Shown: in pieces, positions 43,654-54,065 of the stretch
Layout of the letters: the number at the start of each line of letters is the position of its first letter
Numbering within the stretch: the stretch's first letter is position 1
Source of the DNA: Trypanosoma brucei
Lineage: Eukaryota
DNA: 64,000 bases
Direction of reading: 5' to 3'
Assembly: GCA_000002445.1 (NCBI GenBank)
Contig: CM000208.1
Location: 2,432,001-2,496,000 of the forward strand
Translations under genes and position numbers: made by a program
The notes under the pieces: generated by a model
Databases searched by the model: none
What the model was told of the DNA's origin: nothing
The model's input: the letters and a program-made list of their open reading frames with translations, nothing else

Positions 43654-44766
43654 TTATACCCCACAATCCTTCAACTCTTCCCCCAGAAGCCTGTCCTCCA
43701 CACGTTCCCCATCCACTTGCGCCACCCAGTCCTCCATGCTCTTTTCTTCTTCGTCATCTTCCCCCTCCGTGTTTTTATCAACAGCAGAATTTGCTTTCCT
43801 CCCAAGTGTCCCGAGATCCTCCACATACAGATTCTCCTGAACGAAACGATCTACTAAATGTTTATGCGACGCGTCGACTTTTCTTTCCAGTTCTGCAAAT
43901 AGTTTATAGTCTTTCACCACCTTTACTAGGGTGGGATTCCCTCCCGTTGGATTTTCCTCCCACACCACTGCGGTGTCATACGTTGTCGCCCGGGTGTTTC
44001 CCTTAAACCCCGTCATCTGGGATCCCGACTTGACGACACCGAGCACTCCGTCACCCCATATGATATTCTCAGAGAGATCGCCATTTCCCATATAGCCACC
44101 GCCCGCCTTCCCAACTGTAAGCTGGCATCCCAAATCCTTGCCAAAGTCGTGCCTTGGGTCACCTCCATCCACAAGCAAGCTATCGTGAAGCACGCTTTCC
44201 AAATTCATTTCGAACGGATTTTCAAAAAGGTTTTCGCCTTCTGTAATTTTGAGAGACTCCCACTCACCGCTGTCTTTGTTCTTGGCGTAGCAGCTGGGTA
44301 GCACTTCTTCAGGGAAATTCACACTTAGACCACCGATGCAAGAGTTATTCGCGTCTCTATGGGCCTGAACGAAAACGGACACCATTTCATCCAATCTTCC
44401 TGCGGCAATGCCCGCTTCTCCCACTAATCTCCTTCCAACGTCCCACAACTCGTCCACTTCCCTGACCATGTTCTGCTCATTGATTCTTACCTGTGTAAGG
44501 AATACTCTTAGTGTTCCACACTTCAGTCCTTTGTTCCATTCTGTCAATAATTTCAGTCGTACGACTTTCTGGAGCAGTTGGACTTCCTCGAGTTTTCTGT
44601 CAGCCTCCATGAGTTTCTGCTCGACGAAACCGTGCACAGCCTTTAGTTTTTTTGAGGTATTACATAACGCTTTTATTGCGGACAATTTCAAAGCTGCCCC
44701 AGCGTCCGCATGATGACAACAACCACTTACTAACGCCACTACTAAAAATGCCACTGTTCTTCGCAT
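43654..44766 (-). CDS. PAG5: procyclin-associated gene, ESAG6/7-related; second PAG, PAG5 by locus order
   Basis: Listed start 44829 is GTG. The ATG at 44766 gives the signal peptide 'MRRTVAFLVVALVSGCC'. Shares 'GEAGIAAGRLDEMVSVFVQA' and 'IIWGDGVLGVVKSG'. Confidence 0.65.
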   Translation of the reverse strand: MRRTVAFLVVALVSGCCHHADAGAALKLSAIKALCNTSKKLKAVHGFVEQKLMEADRKLEEVQLLQKVVRLKLLTEWNKGLKCGTLRVFLTQVRINEQNMVREVDELWDVGRRLVGEAGIAAGRLDEMVSVFVQAHRDANNSCIGGLSVNFPEEVLPSCYAKNKDSGEWESLKITEGENLFENPFEMNLESVLHDSLLVDGGDPRHDFGKDLGCQLTVGKAGGGYMGNGDLSENIIWGDGVLGVVKSGSQMTGFKGNTRATTYDTAVVWEENPTGGNPTLVKVVKDYKLFAELERKVDASHKHLVDRFVQENLYVEDLGTLGRKANSAVDKNTEGEDDEEEKSMEDWVAQVDGERVEDRLLGEELKDCGV

Positions 44767-44847
44767 TTGCTGAAGAAAACAAAAGATGTCTGGCACCTGC
44801 AACCCACTAAGTTTTCCCTTAAACCACACAAACTAAAAAATACGATT

Positions 44848-46065
44848 TTAAAACAACAAAAATAACAACGCGAGGGTCCTCCTGAGAGAGCCAATCCTGC
44901 CAACACCACACATCGCCATCTCCTCCAACAGCTTCTCCTCTTGCACCGTTTCTCTGTTCCCGAGCACGACGAAGGACTTCCCACTATCCTCATCTACCAC
45001 TACTGTGCTTTTATTTCCGTGGGTGCCCGTGTTCACAATAGCTTGCGCGTATTCCCAGTTCCAGTGTGCGCCGGTTTCGTGCGCCAGCTCTTCGATGTGA
45101 GTATACAAGTTCACAAATTTGCGAAGCTCTCGGTAGGCGTTTCTAAGAACGGGGACGTTGTTAACGGGGTCTTCCTCCCAAGTTACATCGTGTATTAGAA
45201 CCTCTGCACGGGTTTTTCCTGTCCCCCCAACGAATCCTCTTCCACTTCGTTTAAGGGAAATAATTCCATCTCCCCAGAGTATTCTTCTGGAGGTGCTGTT
45301 TTCGGAGAGGTAGCCGCCCCCCGGACGGGTGTTTGTTAGGTGGCAGTTTGCGCTGTGGACGTAGCGTTCCAAGGGGTTTCCACCGCCACCAGTGAGCCTA
45401 AGCAGTTCGTTCATACTCTCCCGTGTCATGTTCATTTCCTCCACCCTTTCCATGCGGTGCATATCCCCCAAAGAAATAAATTCATCCTTCTCCGAGTCAC
45501 TTAAATAGCAATTCAACAACTGATTCCGCGTCGCGTGGTGCTCGCTATTTCCTACGCAAAAATCCCCTTTCCCACTGGAATACGCGCGCCGCCACACATT
45601 TATCATTTCATCCAACCTCCCCGCCGCTATCCCTGCTGCCCCTACCGCTGAGTATCCAAGATATCTCAACCTCTTCAATTCTCTCCTCTTCACCCTATTC
45701 ACTTTACTCCCCACACGTTTCAAAAACTTCGCGATCCCCGTGCACGAGGTCCAATTGCTATTTCCCCCTTCATTTCCCCTAACCCTCACAATCTTCAACC
45801 TCACCAACTCCACCATATCCTCAAACTCCCTCACCTTCTCGGTTGCATACTTAGTTTTCGCTTGGACGAAGGCATACACCGATTTCAGCCTCTTCGACGC
45901 ATTACAGAGCGCTTCCGCAGCTCCACTCAAACTCAGTGCGCCACTGTCCGCGGAGGCGCTACCAGTAAGTACAAAAAAGGACACAATCACTAATACCTTC
46001 ATGAGCGTGCGAACCCTATTCGCGATGGCAAAGGTCAAGCGAAAAAGGATAATCAAAGAGACCAT
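44848..46065 (-). CDS. PAG1: procyclin-associated gene, ESAG6/7-related; first PAG downstream of EP2, PAG1 by locus order
   Basis: Listed start 46101 is TTG. In-frame ATGs at 46065 and 46002; the latter gives the signal peptide 'MKVLVIVSFFVLTGSASA'. Shares 'AVGAAGIAAGRLDEMINVW' and 'ILWGDGIISLKRSG'. Confidence 0.65.
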   Translation of the reverse strand: MVSLIILFRLTFAIANRVRTLMKVLVIVSFFVLTGSASADSGALSLSGAAEALCNASKRLKSVYAFVQAKTKYATEKVREFEDMVELVRLKIVRVRGNEGGNSNWTSCTGIAKFLKRVGSKVNRVKRRELKRLRYLGYSAVGAAGIAAGRLDEMINVWRRAYSSGKGDFCVGNSEHHATRNQLLNCYLSDSEKDEFISLGDMHRMERVEEMNMTRESMNELLRLTGGGGNPLERYVHSANCHLTNTRPGGGYLSENSTSRRILWGDGIISLKRSGRGFVGGTGKTRAEVLIHDVTWEEDPVNNVPVLRNAYRELRKFVNLYTHIEELAHETGAHWNWEYAQAIVNTGTHGNKSTVVVDEDSGKSFVVLGNRETVQEEKLLEEMAMCGVGRIGSLRRTLALLFLLF

Positions 46066-47758
46066 TTTCGATGATTGATGAAACAGGAAAGACCGCGGCA
46101 AGTTGTGACGCCCCCACTTGGGGACTGGAAAATCCGCCGGGGATGCGCCTGCCAGATTCAGGCTTCAGCAACGGCAACGGCGTTAGTGTTGGCGGGGAAG
46201 GGAAGGTGCAAGGCGCCTTTTTGCAGCTGGAATTTAAAGCTTAACCGACAGCATGAAATCATCCGTGACACTGTCTTATTTCCCTCCAAAACCATTGGAT
46301 ACGCCGTGGTTGGCACACGGCCCATTGCCATCAATTGCTGAGGTGGGCTCGTGTTGCCGGCGGTGGGATCCAATGCACTATGGCGCATCAGAGAAGGAAG
46401 AGCGACCCCCCTGATACTTAGGGGGGTCAAAACAGGGTTTCCAGGCTACAAACCGTTCTTAACGCTATCCGCGACAACACGTTGGTGGGTAGGAAAGTGT
46501 CGGGTAGGGGCTTAAAAGTGAGATTGACCGATGGCAACTATTCTCGAGATGGCATAAAACCCTAACCGCACCCCGCCGACGCTTAGAAATTAGGTCCAGG
46601 AAAGAAAGTCAAGCCCGACCAAGGACCTCCTTTTCTTCGGTTTTGGCTTTGTCGAAAGGACACGAAATCGATCCACCGCGGGGCGCGCAGTGGACTTGTT
46701 ACTTATTTAACTGACTCCTAAACGAGAAAGCTCCCCTGCGGCGCGCGACGCACATCATCTCAAAGGCGATGTGGGAGAGAAAACACTGCGAGAACATATG
46801 ACCACCGACGAGCCGGTGAATGCCCCAGAAGTATTTCAAAAAATGTCACACTCTCCATTGATTGTCCCAGCATATTTCACAAAGTGGACCAAAACAGAGG
46901 GCAGTGCAGTAAATACGTAAAGTTCATGGAAACAACGCGCTTACCCTCTCCGCAGCCTCTCCTCCCCAACAGATCAAGTGGCAGCAGCTCACTCAACTGA
47001 ATCGCTCCCCTGACGAGAACAGTTAAATAAAGGCAAGGCAAAAGGCAAAACACCGCTCAGGCCTCAATTTTGAACAGTTACGGTGAACTTCCTGAAGGTG
47101 CTTTAAAGTTTCCCCGACATATTAACAAACATGATGATGCACCACCGTAGGCGAAGAAGGAATCATCACCAGGAATGTGCTTCCTTCAACCGCTGCTTCC
47201 CATGTTGCAACTCCACGGTGTCAAACGGAAGCTGAGATGGCGGAAATATCGAGGGACAAATCGCTTGAGTCATCAAAAGTCCATTTGTCTCCCATTTCTA
47301 GCCTGAGGTTTTAGAAGGAACTATTTTCCCAGTACGAAAAAAGGACAAGGCAAAAAGTTCGAAAAAAAAAAAGTTCAGTCACAAATGGAGGAGGTTGCTG
47401 TCAACCATTGCAGGAACAAGACATAGGAGAAGACCGCAAATGCAGTGGATGAATTTTTGACAAAACCATACGAATGGTTTACAGAAGAAACCGTTTGGTA
47501 GAAGCCAAGGAACACATTGACAGGCACACGCAGAAGTCTACAGGGCTGCGTGCTACCGCCGACGGTTCCGAGGCATAAAAAAAAAAATAGAACTCAAAAA
47601 AATAGGTTGAAAAAAAATATTACGTATATGCAAGTGTCCTGTCGCCAAGGGACGTCATAAAGCGGGCGCATCGCGCCAAAGGAAAGGTCAAAGAAATAAC
47701 TGGGGCCACCCTTGTTAAAAAGTTTTGACCCCCCAGAGAATTTTCTGTTTACATGAGC

Positions 47759-48148
47759 TTAGAATGCGGCAACGAGACCAACGGCCGCGATTGCAAACGG
47801 AAGAGCAACAGACTTCAGCGTTGCAGCACCAGGTTCAGGTTCAGGTTCAGGTTCCGGCTCGGGTTCCGGCTCGGGTTCAGGTTCGGGTTCAGGTTCGGGT
47901 TCAGGTTCGGGTTCAGGTTCAGGTTCAGGTTCGGGTTCGGGTTCGGGTTCGGGTTCAGGTTCAGGTTCGGGTTCAGGTTCAGGCTCAACTTCGTCCTGGA
48001 CCTTGGTTCCCTTCTCGCCTTTGCCTTTGCCTCCCTTAGTAAGACCCTTGTCTTCTGGTCCTTCAGCGGCTGCGGCAAATCCCACGCCAGCGAAGAGGTT
48101 CGCGCTGAACAGAAGAATAGCGAGCAGATAAAGGGAACGAGGTGCCAT
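47759..48148 (-). CDS. EP2: EP procyclin (PARP), isoform without an N-glycosylation sequon; EP2-type
   Basis: '[54 protein letters not shown](EP)~26[23 protein letters not shown]'. Has the signal peptide, the (Glu-Pro)n rod and a hydrophobic GPI-addition tail. No GPEET motif. Confidence 0.9.
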   Translation of the reverse strand: MAPRSLYLLAILLFSANLFAGVGFAAAAEGPEDKGLTKGGKGKGEKGTKVQDEVEPEPEPEPEPEPEPEPEPEPEPEPEPEPEPEPEPEPEPEPEPEPEPEPEPEPGAATLKSVALPFAIAAVGLVAAF

Positions 48149-48779
48149 TGTGAATTTTACTTCTTGGTGTAATTGAAGTCTTCAAGTTGAAAAAATGGGG
48201 AAATGGCATATATGAATGCGCAGATCAACTGGGATAACCAGCATTGCATTGCCCTCTCATCTCTGAGGTGCCTTTCATCCCTAGGGGACAATTAACCGAA
48301 ACTCGGATAAATAAATCACTCTCCCGACAAGAATAGCTCAAGAGGGGGAGAGGCAATAGAAAAGGCACAGCACTCAGCCCTTAACTGCCTGTAGTAACCG
48401 CTGCGAGCTTCCTTCCATATTCATACAAAGTCTTCAAAAGCACACACCCGTCAACCTCCAACATCGTTTCTCCAGCAGCAACGCAGCAGTGGGGGGCAGG
48501 GCAGCGAAACAACTTCAGCTGCGGGGCCCATCTGAAGCAGGGAAACACTGCACATAAAACCACCAATGAAATAAAGCAAAATGCAGACCCCTTCGCCCAA
48601 GTTGGCCGGTCTAACACTTGTTTCCCATTTCTGGCCTGAAGGTTTAGAAGGAACTATTATTCGAACCCAAAAGAAGAGAAGGCAAAAAAATTAATGAAAT
48701 AGCTCATCCAACAAATTAAAAGGCAGAGCGCCACATTCACACGCAGCACGCACAATAACACAAGGCACCAATAATAATT

Positions 48780-49077
48780 TTAAGATCCAAATTCAAAGGA
48801 ATGAAAAAAAATAGAAGTGAAACGCTTAAAATTATGGAATACGCAACCGAAACATCACAGAAATCTACAGGGCTGTGGGTCTCAGGCGATGGTTAATAAG
48901 ACATTAGAAAGGATGTCACCAAAAATATATAACGAAAAAATATTAAATGAATGTCCACACTGTTTTACAAGAAACAGCAGGAAACAAACACGATGCACCA
49001 TATGGAGGCGATATAAATGAAAGGAACCTTTTCAAAGGGTTTCGTTCCTCCGAGGCGCTTTACACGCTTGCATCCGC
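48780..49077 (-). promoter_or_regulatory. EP1 3'UTR. Expected site of the conserved procyclin 3'UTR control elements (the U-rich 26-mer and the 16-mer stem-loop), location approximate.
   Basis: Immediately 3' of the EP1 stop. The sense strand is U-rich and contains 'cauucauuuaauauuuuuucguuauauauuuuuggugacaucc' (about 48903-48945). A related 'uuggcgacaggacac' lies in the EP2 3'UTR. I cannot recall the exact element sequences, so the position is a candidate only. Confidence 0.35.
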
Positions 49078-49503
49078 TTAGAATGCGGCAACGAGAGCAG
49101 CAGCCGCGACTGCAAACGGAAGTGCAACAGATTTCAGCGTTGCAGCACCAGGTTCAGGTTCAGGTTCGGGTTCAGGTTCCGGCTCGGGTTCCGGCTCGGG
49201 TTCAGGTTCAGGTTCCGGCTCGGGTTCAGGTTCGGGTTCAGGTTCAGGTTCAGGTTCAGGTTCAGGTTCAGGTTCAGGTTCGGGTTCGGGTTCGGGTTCG
49301 GGTTCAGGTTCAGGTTCAGGGTCGGGGTCAGTGCCATTGGTATCGTCGGCGCCGACCTTGGTTCCCTTCTCGCCTTTGCCTTTGCCTCCCTTAGTAAGAC
49401 CCTTGTCTTCTGGTCCTTCAGCGGCTGCGGCAAATCCCACGCCAGCGAAGAGGTTCGCGCTGAACAGAAGAATAGCGAGCAGATAAAGGGAACGAGGTGC
49501 CAT
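49078..49503 (-). CDS. EP1: EP procyclin (PARP), isoform with an N-glycosylation sequon; EP1-type and first gene of the unit
   Basis: Same N- and C-termini as EP2, but '[14 protein letters not shown]' (NGT sequon) precedes about 28 EP dipeptides. The 47 nt upstream of the ATG are identical to those upstream of EP2. Confidence 0.9.
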   Translation of the reverse strand: MAPRSLYLLAILLFSANLFAGVGFAAAAEGPEDKGLTKGGKGKGEKGTKVGADDTNGTDPDPEPEPEPEPEPEPEPEPEPEPEPEPEPEPEPEPEPEPEPEPEPEPEPEPEPEPEPEPGAATLKSVALPFAVAAAALVAAF

Positions 49504-49559
49504 TGTGAATTTTACTTCTTGGTGTAATTGAAGTCTTCAAGTTGAAAAAAATGGGGAAA

Positions 49560-49900
49560 AGGAAAAAAAACTCGAAGGCGCGTGCAGCGATCACGAGAAC
49601 ATGTTAAACTCAGTACTCACCCGATAACCCCTATTTTCAATGCACGCCCACCCAGAGACACGGAACAGCACAAAACAACCATATCACTTCCACAAAATGG
49701 ACATTTTACACAAAATGCACTATTGACTAGTACTCAACTATACTAATAAGAGATACCTATCGGACACGATATACTGTGAAAAGGATATTAAGCTCACTAT
49801 GCATCTGAAAACGCTTTCACCTCACAACCTACTGACACACACCTTTCCGCTTAACCCCAATGACAACAAAGGCTGACTGCACCTCACATCTGAGGAAGAG
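49560..49900 (-). promoter_or_regulatory. procyclin (EP/PAG) RNA polymerase I promoter region, approximate
   Basis: By established knowledge the procyclin promoter lies within about 250 bp upstream of the transcription start, which is about 100-150 nt upstream of the EP1 trans-splice site. Here the polyY tract plus AG sits at about 49545-49600 on the minus strand. The interval upstream is ORF-free and AT-rich, and EP2 has no duplicated equivalent beyond 47 nt. Confidence 0.45.
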
Positions 49901-50925
49901 GTCCAGGGGAGCGGTGCCTGTTCGCGGTGCGGAATTGTTGTTTCCCCCTCTTCCTCATCCGCCCCCTCGGTTCCGTGGGCCCTGACTCCCGAAGAGTTTT
50001 CGAGAATTGTTAATAGAGAAGGGATTCGCTCACCATATTCGGAACAATACACTTGTCAGAAGTTTGGCAATCCAGTTTGGGGGCACTGAAAAGCACTTTG
50101 TGGTGAATCAGCGGCATTTAGGCCGGCAGCGGTATGTTTTGCTACGAAACACCGGGCATCGAAGAAGTCAGAAAGCCCTTCAGCACGACGGCTGATGGAG
50201 AACGCTGGTAAAGTTTTCCTTTCATGCGCCCTCAACGAGAACTAGCGGAAATTAAAACCAATTTCGGCGGATAAAGGCCCCGCAACTCGGCACATCGGCG
50301 GCGTTGGTGGGCCGACTCACCGATAAAACGAGCCGACACCTGCCACCACACACACTGGTATATGAAGGGGGCACCTCCGGTGGGCACGCAACTCCCAATG
50401 AGCTTTTGCCGTGGTGGGAACCGTGGCGCGCCTGATTGGTTGAAATTTCGTCGGCACAATGACCTGCCAGGATGCGTTGGGCTTGGTTAAGGATGTTGGC
50501 GCTTTGGGGAAACGAAGACCCACGCTCAGCGGAGCCTGAACATGGGACCACATCTGCGTGGTTTATTGGGCTGCCAAGGCCTCCGAAAGGCGAGCCCGAT
50601 CCTGGAAACGGGTGGAGCAAGTTCCTAAGAGGGTTGCTCTCCCGCGTTTCACGGCCCACTGCCTACGCGCGCAGGGTAAGTAAATTGGCTTAGACATAGC
50701 CCCCGAAAGGGGAAAAAGAAGGTCAAGGATGGCAACCGGGTTCTGTCCGTGACATTGCGAGGGACAATTGGTTGCCATGACCGGAAGGCGCCCGCCACCC
50801 ATGGGTTTCTACCCACCCCCAAATGAGGCGAGGGTTTTGCAGGCTAGGAATATCTATGATTGAATCAAATATTGCCATGCCTCCCCCCGATGTGGGACAC
50901 GCAAATGCGTTACGCTCCCCTCCCC

Positions 50926-50941
50926 CCCCCCCCCCGAAGGG
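50926..50941. repeat. poly(C)16 homopolymer inside the GC-rich island
   Basis: 'cccccccccccccccc' read directly. Confidence 0.9.
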
Positions 50942-51206
50942 ACCGAACGCACAGCCTCCTCCACGAGGTGGAACAAAGGAAACGGTAGGACAGCAGCGGC
51001 GCACGACTACCACACAACCACTGAGCACACCGATGAGAAGCGATACGCTTGGAACATGGGGCGCACCGAAGGGAAAAAGCACTGAAGAAAAGGGCGGAGC
51101 GGGTGAATCGAAGGGCTCCCCGAATGTAAACACGCGCGCACTGAAGAACACACACCGCGACAGTTGCTCAAAGTCAGCGCGACCCGGGTGTTGCATTGCA
51201 CCTAGG

Positions 51207-51370
51207 CGCACACGCAACTCCACTGCCTCCTGTAGCAAGGCCGCGTAAGTTTGGGGGCCTCCAAGGGCAAGTCAAAACCCGTCGAGGCGGAGCCTCGGTT
51301 AGATAACGGTAACGGAACACGCTACAGCGGGTCCGGCGTCGCTACAGGAGGCAGTGGAGTTGCGTGTGCG
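51207..51370. repeat. perfect 30-bp inverted repeat with a 104-nt spacer (potential hairpin)
   Basis: 51207-51236 'cgcacacgcaactccactgcctcctgtagc' is the exact reverse complement of 51341-51370 'gctacaggaggcagtggagttgcgtgtgcg'. It is also visible as the shared 'RTRNSTASCS' in the opposite-strand ORFs 50823..51248(+) and 51299..51565(-). Confidence 0.85.
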
Positions 51371-54065
51371 GAAACCACAGTGCAGGGTGCGCAGTGGATA
51401 ATTTGTGGAAAGGCTACCATCCGCGTCCGACCACGTTGTGACGGCCGAATGGTTTCCATCACGACATGGCTGCCCACGTATCACGACGAAACCGATAAGA
51501 GATTCGCAGGGTCCAATGGAAGGAGTGAAAAAAACGGGGTGAAGATGAGGAAAGAAAGGCAACACTTACGAGCATTCCGAAATTAAAGCCCGTGATACGG
51601 AGGAGCTGTGTCAAATTGCGAATGACGGAGACGATGTTGGGATACACCTCACAGCATTAAGCTGGGGTCGCCGTTCTCACTGGCATCCCTGGATGCGATA
51701 ACAAGGAGTTGGGCCATATCGGCGAAACGCTACCAGCAATAGCCGAGCTTTAAGCAGTAAGCGAGGAAAGCTGGTGCAACCGGGAACCCACCACTGGGTG
51801 TGCGACCGGGAAGGGAAGGAAATCCGCAGCCAGTTGGAGTTGGTATTCCAATGGTCGTCGGGCTACTTGGCCACTACCACCCGTACCTCAACCGCCTCAC
51901 ACACCCAACAGCATGCACTTACTCATGCACCAAGACGCATGAATAAATGCACTGGGAAGGTAAATAAATTCAGCTTTAAAAAAAAAAGATGAGCCAGGGA
52001 GATTACGTAAAAGGGGCTCATCCGCACCTCCCGCACACCGCAAAATAATAATAATAATAACGCTATGTTAAAAAGCACAAGCAACGGAAAAGCCTCTGCT
52101 TACATTTGTTAATGCACAGGCGCAGCGCAGCGGAGAGAACCCTGCAATTCTCCATGCGCAAAATCACTGTTCAACCGAAAGGGACGACACCCCGAGTGGC
52201 GCAAGTACGGCGGCCAGGGCATGTTTACAAACATGCGTTGAGTATGGCGACTCGACAATCCCCCAAAAATTATGAAAATGGGGGGCAGCAAGACCCGCAC
52301 CCACAACCCACACGGTTTTAGAGCAAACACGCCTACAGGCATCAAAAAAAGTAAAAAAAACTGGCACAGTCATAAAAGGTCCCAGCCGACTTTCCAGCAC
52401 GTTCTCCACCTTCACCTTTGAACGTTAGAAACATTACAACGGTGATCTGTGTGACGCACCTTTGTTAAATTACCCTTAAAAGATAGACAAAAAGCGAAGG
52501 ATCATTAGCGACGTCGCAATACAACCGAGTTTCCGCAACAACCGCAACGACACCCCATTTCCACACAATGCAAAACCGAAGGCAGCACTTCCTCACCACC
52601 CTTCCGCCTCCGCACTACTTGTCATGACCCCCCGCGTTGTCGCCCCCGTAGTGATACCGCTTCCGTGATTTCAAAGGACATAAACACTTACAAAACTGGT
52701 ACAAATCCCTGCACCATCAACATGATAGTGGTTGGCATACTTTCCAACCGCTGTGGTCTGAACTCGCACTACCTTCCCAACCTCTACAATCACACAAAGG
52801 GACAAAAAAATCAGAGGTTCTACTCCAACCTACGGCGTATTCAGTACCACAGCCCAGCATCCGAAGGGACAAAACACGCACCAACAACTCGGGCACGATT
52901 TACACCGTTCCCTCGCACCGACAAGCCACACAAACACCAAATTCATTACGAAATATAACCATCCCCTCACTAATACAAGGCGAAACAATAAGCATAATCA
53001 AACAGCTGACAGACAGAAATCCACCGCAGGGCTCAATGTAAGCTAACTTCGCCCTCCCCCTCCCTCACCCTATGGCCTCAGTGTTGCCCTGTAAAACCTT
53101 CTCTGACACTAGTCAAGCAGAGGTAAAAACTAACCTAACCCTAACACTCTCACACAATGAAAGGAGAATCCGTGGGGAATTTGGGAAAAGGCAAAGCACA
53201 CACGGTAAGCAGTCGGCACAACCCCTGGCGCAAAGAAGGCGCAACTGCACGCAAACAAGGCATTCGATTCAGTACCTTCTGTAGGATATGTGGGTTGCCA
53301 TACCGTAGGCAGTTACCAGTAACAGAAACGTATGGGGAAGGAAAGAATCAAAATATAGCTAAAGCTCCTCAACGCATATATATATACATATATTACCGTT
53401 TCACAGCCAATTCATACATCACACTTAACGCTCCCTCTAAACAACGACCCCAAACAATAACATCCCCAGGTACCTCACCAACAACAACAACAACACAATT
53501 CTTAATTAGCAAATATGGCTTCAATGGAGGCAAAGGAAGAAAGGAAGGACGTACACTCCAACTGTGAGATCCCGCTCGAATCAGCTGTAGCGACGAGAGT
53601 AGTTAACGGAAGGTCGACCCAGGGACCCACATCGCATCCCTACGCTGCCGTTAACATACCCTCAAGTGAAAATTAAAAAAAAAAATGGACCAAAAGTTGA
53701 TTTCAGCAAAAGTGCGTCCGAAAGAAAGGGCACGAAACAACAAACAGAAAATAATCAGCAGCAAAATAAATACATCACATTACGTGGCTATCACTGGACA
53801 CAACCAATAGTTGGTCAGCACGTGCCAGTAGTCGATCGACAAAATACATAATAATCAGCACAGTTAGCACAGGAGAGATAATATCAGCCCTTTCACGCAA
53901 CGCATTATCCACACTCACAACACGAAACAACTACGTTGAGGACAAACGAATGGCGCCACCCAATGGCATACTCCTGCGTACATTGATCTCCACAGTGCAG
54001 CACTCATACGTAAAGACCTTCCAATCACAGTTTAAAAAAGAGGAAAATACCGCTTCTCAAATATT

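Noticed and set aside
47725-48172. Alternative-frame ORFs across the EP2 (and EP1, 49017..49433) repeat region (VQVQVR..., FRFRFG..., NLNLNP...)
   Set aside because: Frame-shifted or antisense readings of the (GAA CCN)n dipeptide repeat. Only the minus-strand frame yields the signal-peptide-(EP)n-GPI-tail architecture.
50723-51248. ORFs inside the GC-rich island (171 aa on minus, 141 aa on plus)
   Set aside because: They overlap each other on opposite strands. Their products are low-complexity (G/P/R-rich) and lack start context. They look like a by-product of high GC content rather than genes.
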